A program made the position numbers and the translations under genes. A stretch of 64,000 nt of DNA from Macrostomum lignano. Taxonomy: Eukaryota. Below are positions 61,031 to 64,000 of this stretch, piece after piece (position 1 is the first letter of the stretch; every line of letters begins with the position of its first letter). The stretch covers positions 62,001-126,000 of the forward strand of contig NIVC01000769.1 in assembly GCA_002269645.1 (NCBI GenBank), in the 5' to 3' direction. Below the pieces are notes generated by a model, which was not told the DNA's origin, did no database searches, and saw only the letters and a list, made by a program, of their open reading frames with translations.

Positions 61031-62635
61031 AATCCGTAAAGCTGCGGCAAGAGATGGCATATCACTAATTCCTTTCTTTATTCCGCGTTCCTTGCACCCA
61101 CCCACCTGTGCGATAAAAAATTGAATTTAGTCAATTCCCCTACATTCGCGCGAAGCCACTCGCTCGCCACTAATTCAGCCATCCCGCCACAGTCCGACTT
61201 CCAACTCGGGTAACTCGGTTGCTGCTCTGCACCGCGGGAGCGAGTTGCCTCTGTCTGCAAGTCTCCGACCGCAATTAATTATTTCCAGCGGCACGAGCGG
61301 CGATGGAGTGCAGATATAGTTGTAGCTACTGCGGCTGCCAGGTCTGCTGCTCGAGAGTCGCCGAAATTGCCACGAGTATCCATGAGCATTCGCTCCATTA
61401 CACAAGTGTGTCATTTCTTCCGCTTTTCTGTGTTATCTGATCAGCCTATTTCTCTCTTTTTTTCTATGAAGGCAGTTGCGCATAGCCAGCCTTCGATGCC
61501 ATCAATTCCGCTCCTTCTCTTGCATCGATTGCATGCAGTCTTGGGAACTGAATATAAGAATTCTATAGACTGGCTCCTGTATGCAAGAGTTAGCCAGCCC
61601 CTGTTCGACCGGTGGGTCAACTATATCGGGGACTCAAAGTGGGAGATTAATTTTCTGGTTTAATTTTTTTCTCTTGTACTACAGGCTTAGCTTGACCTTG
61701 ACCTGTAGATCTTTAAAATATAAGCAATATAGCACAAATGTTCACTCACGAACACCGCCAGGTGCCATTTGTTGAAGAACCAAAGTGTCCCAACCGCTGG
61801 CAGGTGGGCTCATTAGTCCACGTGGCCGCGTCAAGTCCTGTGGCTGGCGCGCATCTGCAGGATGACATCGGCGTGGACTAGTTCGGGAGTAGTTTAACGT
61901 GCTCTGCTTCTGCGGGCAGTAACCCTTCGGAGCTCTGGATCGATGAAGCGTGGCTCGATCGTCCCCTTCCCTGCATGCAGTTGCAGGTGTCCAGGTTGTG
62001 CTTGCCAGTCGGGTTTATAGTCCCCCCCCCCTACAGCAAAAATTCTCAGCATCAACATCAAAATTGTTTTCGTGATGCTGGGCCTCGTGGAGTAATGGGG
62101 CGCGAGCGATGTTTAAGCACGCGAGGTACACAGTGACAGGATAAGGAAGGACAAAATTATGTAAAACAGCTGGATTAGTGCTTTTTGGCACGGATGCTCA
62201 GCGTTTGAGATGTGCAATTTTGAGCATATGATATATATAGGAGAGCAAGTTGATTTCGGTAAAAAGTTAACTGACCCCCATTTATGTTTCTCTATACATG
62301 TAGTTACTATGGGTTCTAGAATTTTGGGGTGCTTAAGTGTAAATAGTTTTTCTTAGACCTTTTCTCATTAATTTTTCTGTACAGCTAAGCTGTCTGTCCC
62401 TCTGTAGCTTGGGAGGTATACCGTACATATGCATACGCGAGTATAACAATAGCTACTGTATATATATTCTGGTATTATATAGGATTTCTCTCTCATCTTT
62501 CTCTTGTCGCAATTCCTAAACAGAAATCTTTATGAGCTGAGCTGAAGTTTTACTCTCCTTCTCTCATAGTCTGGGGCCTGGGGGTCATATATGGAACACA
62601 TGATGGCTACTTAACTTATTCCATAAATTTTCTTT

Positions 62636-62960
62636 AAACCCGAATATCATAAACCCGAAAAATCACAACTCCGAATTTTATTAATAGCAACGCACATCAT
62701 AAACCCGAAATATCATAAACCCGAAAGTCATATATTTCGTGCTTTTTATAACTCCGAACTTTCATAACTTCGAAAGTTCTAGCAATGTCCAACACTTTTT
62801 TGGTTTTCAGAGTTATGATATTTCGGGTTTGTGATATTTCGTGTTTATGAAGTGCGTTGCTAGTAATTTCGGAGTTATGATACCAGTATTTCGGGTTTAT
62901 GATATTTTGGGTTCATGATGGAAAGCGCTTTTCGGAGTAGTGATTTTTTGGGTTTGTGAT
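62636..62960. mobile_element. Foldback/MITE-like element built from modular ~15-bp repeats in inverted arms
   Basis: Left arm (atcataaacccgaa)n plus tagcaacgcac; right arm gtgcgttgcta plus (ttcgggtttatgat)n. Confidence 0.75.
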
Positions 62961-64000
62961 TGCCCCCGGCCCCCACAAGTGTTACAGAGTATTTCGTAGA
63001 AAGCTCATGTTTTGCAATTCTCGATTTCGCGCGCATACCATACTACTTGTATTTCTTCGTTCCATTTTAACAATACTCTATAGGCCTACGTATTATTACT
63101 GCGCTTACGAGCTATGCTACTAGCTCGAACCTGTGTAGAACGAAACAAAACCGTCAGATTCCGAATTTCTAGCGCGCGCACGTTAAACCTTTTTTTCAAA
63201 GGAACTTTATATTTTCCGCGTATTTTCAATTTTTGTCGAAATTGCTAAATAAATTATCGGTTTTAGCTTTGGGAATGTGGGAGCGTACATTAATTAGCCT
63301 ACTTTTCCGAGAAAATACATTGAGCTGAGTTGGCCGAACACGCTATTTGCCTGACCTACTTACTCTACTAATGCTTAGCTAGTTTTTTACAATCTCAACT
63401 TATATTTATACATACTGACTTAGGAGAGTCGAGACACAGGCAGATAGGCTGAGAGTATGAGTAATGAGAGTGCTATAATAGACCTATAATAGTTGGAGGG
63501 CAAGTGTACCCTAAGAGTAGGCCTAGAATTTCAATATCAGCTCACCATAGGCAAATTTGTTTTTGTGCAGGCCTAGCTTAGCTAGAGGCTAGAGCATGTC
63601 AACAACATCAAACAAAAACTTTTGTTTAGTTTAGACTAATTCAAATAGATTTTAGCAGTAGGCCTTACTCATTACTGGCCGATATCTAATATTGACAATC
63701 CTGGCAGTTTGCTGCATAGAATTATTTTTCAGTTTTTTTACACAGATGATTGAAATCAGGGGAATATGAGTAGAAGGCATATTATTATATATAGGCCCTA
63801 AGTGTTAGGACAGTCAGGTTAAGTGTCAGATCAGTTAAGAATAGGCCCTAGTAGGCAGTAGGCTAATATTAATAATTAGACCTATAAGTGGTAAGCCATC
63901 CAATATGGAAAGAGGAAGTTTCTAAAGACCTTTCCCAGAAAAAAGAGCACCATATAGATATAGGCCTAAGCATGGCCAATTAGCAAATAGTTGACATCTT

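Overview
This is eukaryotic (metazoan) genomic DNA, not prokaryotic: GC-rich exons, AT-rich GT-AG introns, and many transposon relics and tandem arrays. The style suggests a flatworm such as Macrostomum, but that is inference only. Genes I can support: the 3' end of a retinol saturase (RETSAT-like, +); a single-coding-exon aquaglyceroporin (+) with an atypical selectivity filter; a large minus-strand multi-exon orphan protein (about 1,500-1,600 aa) with three different in-frame tandem peptide repeats (KPDPCC, RDTRDYPAG, LGPQT); CCDC170 (+, 7 exons); a LUC7L/LUC7L2-type U1 snRNP factor (+, 4 exons); an SLC7 L-type amino-acid transporter (+, 6 exons); and an orphan single-pass membrane protein with polyQ (+). 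Mobile DNA: two CORE-SINE copies, a probable second SINE family, a decayed DD34D mariner, a 5'-truncated Penelope-like element with a nested hAT MITE and a decayed hammerhead motif, and several MITE/foldback elements. From 34.6 to 61 kb there are eight unrelated non-coding tandem arrays, the largest a 5.5-kb 23-mer satellite. The strongest leads are a cluster of candidate stop/frameshift (poison) micro-exons in LUC7 intron 2 and the triple-repeat Cys-rich orphan protein. Four single-base frameshifts in otherwise intact genes look like homopolymer assembly errors. Family assignments come from remembered motifs; no database search was run.
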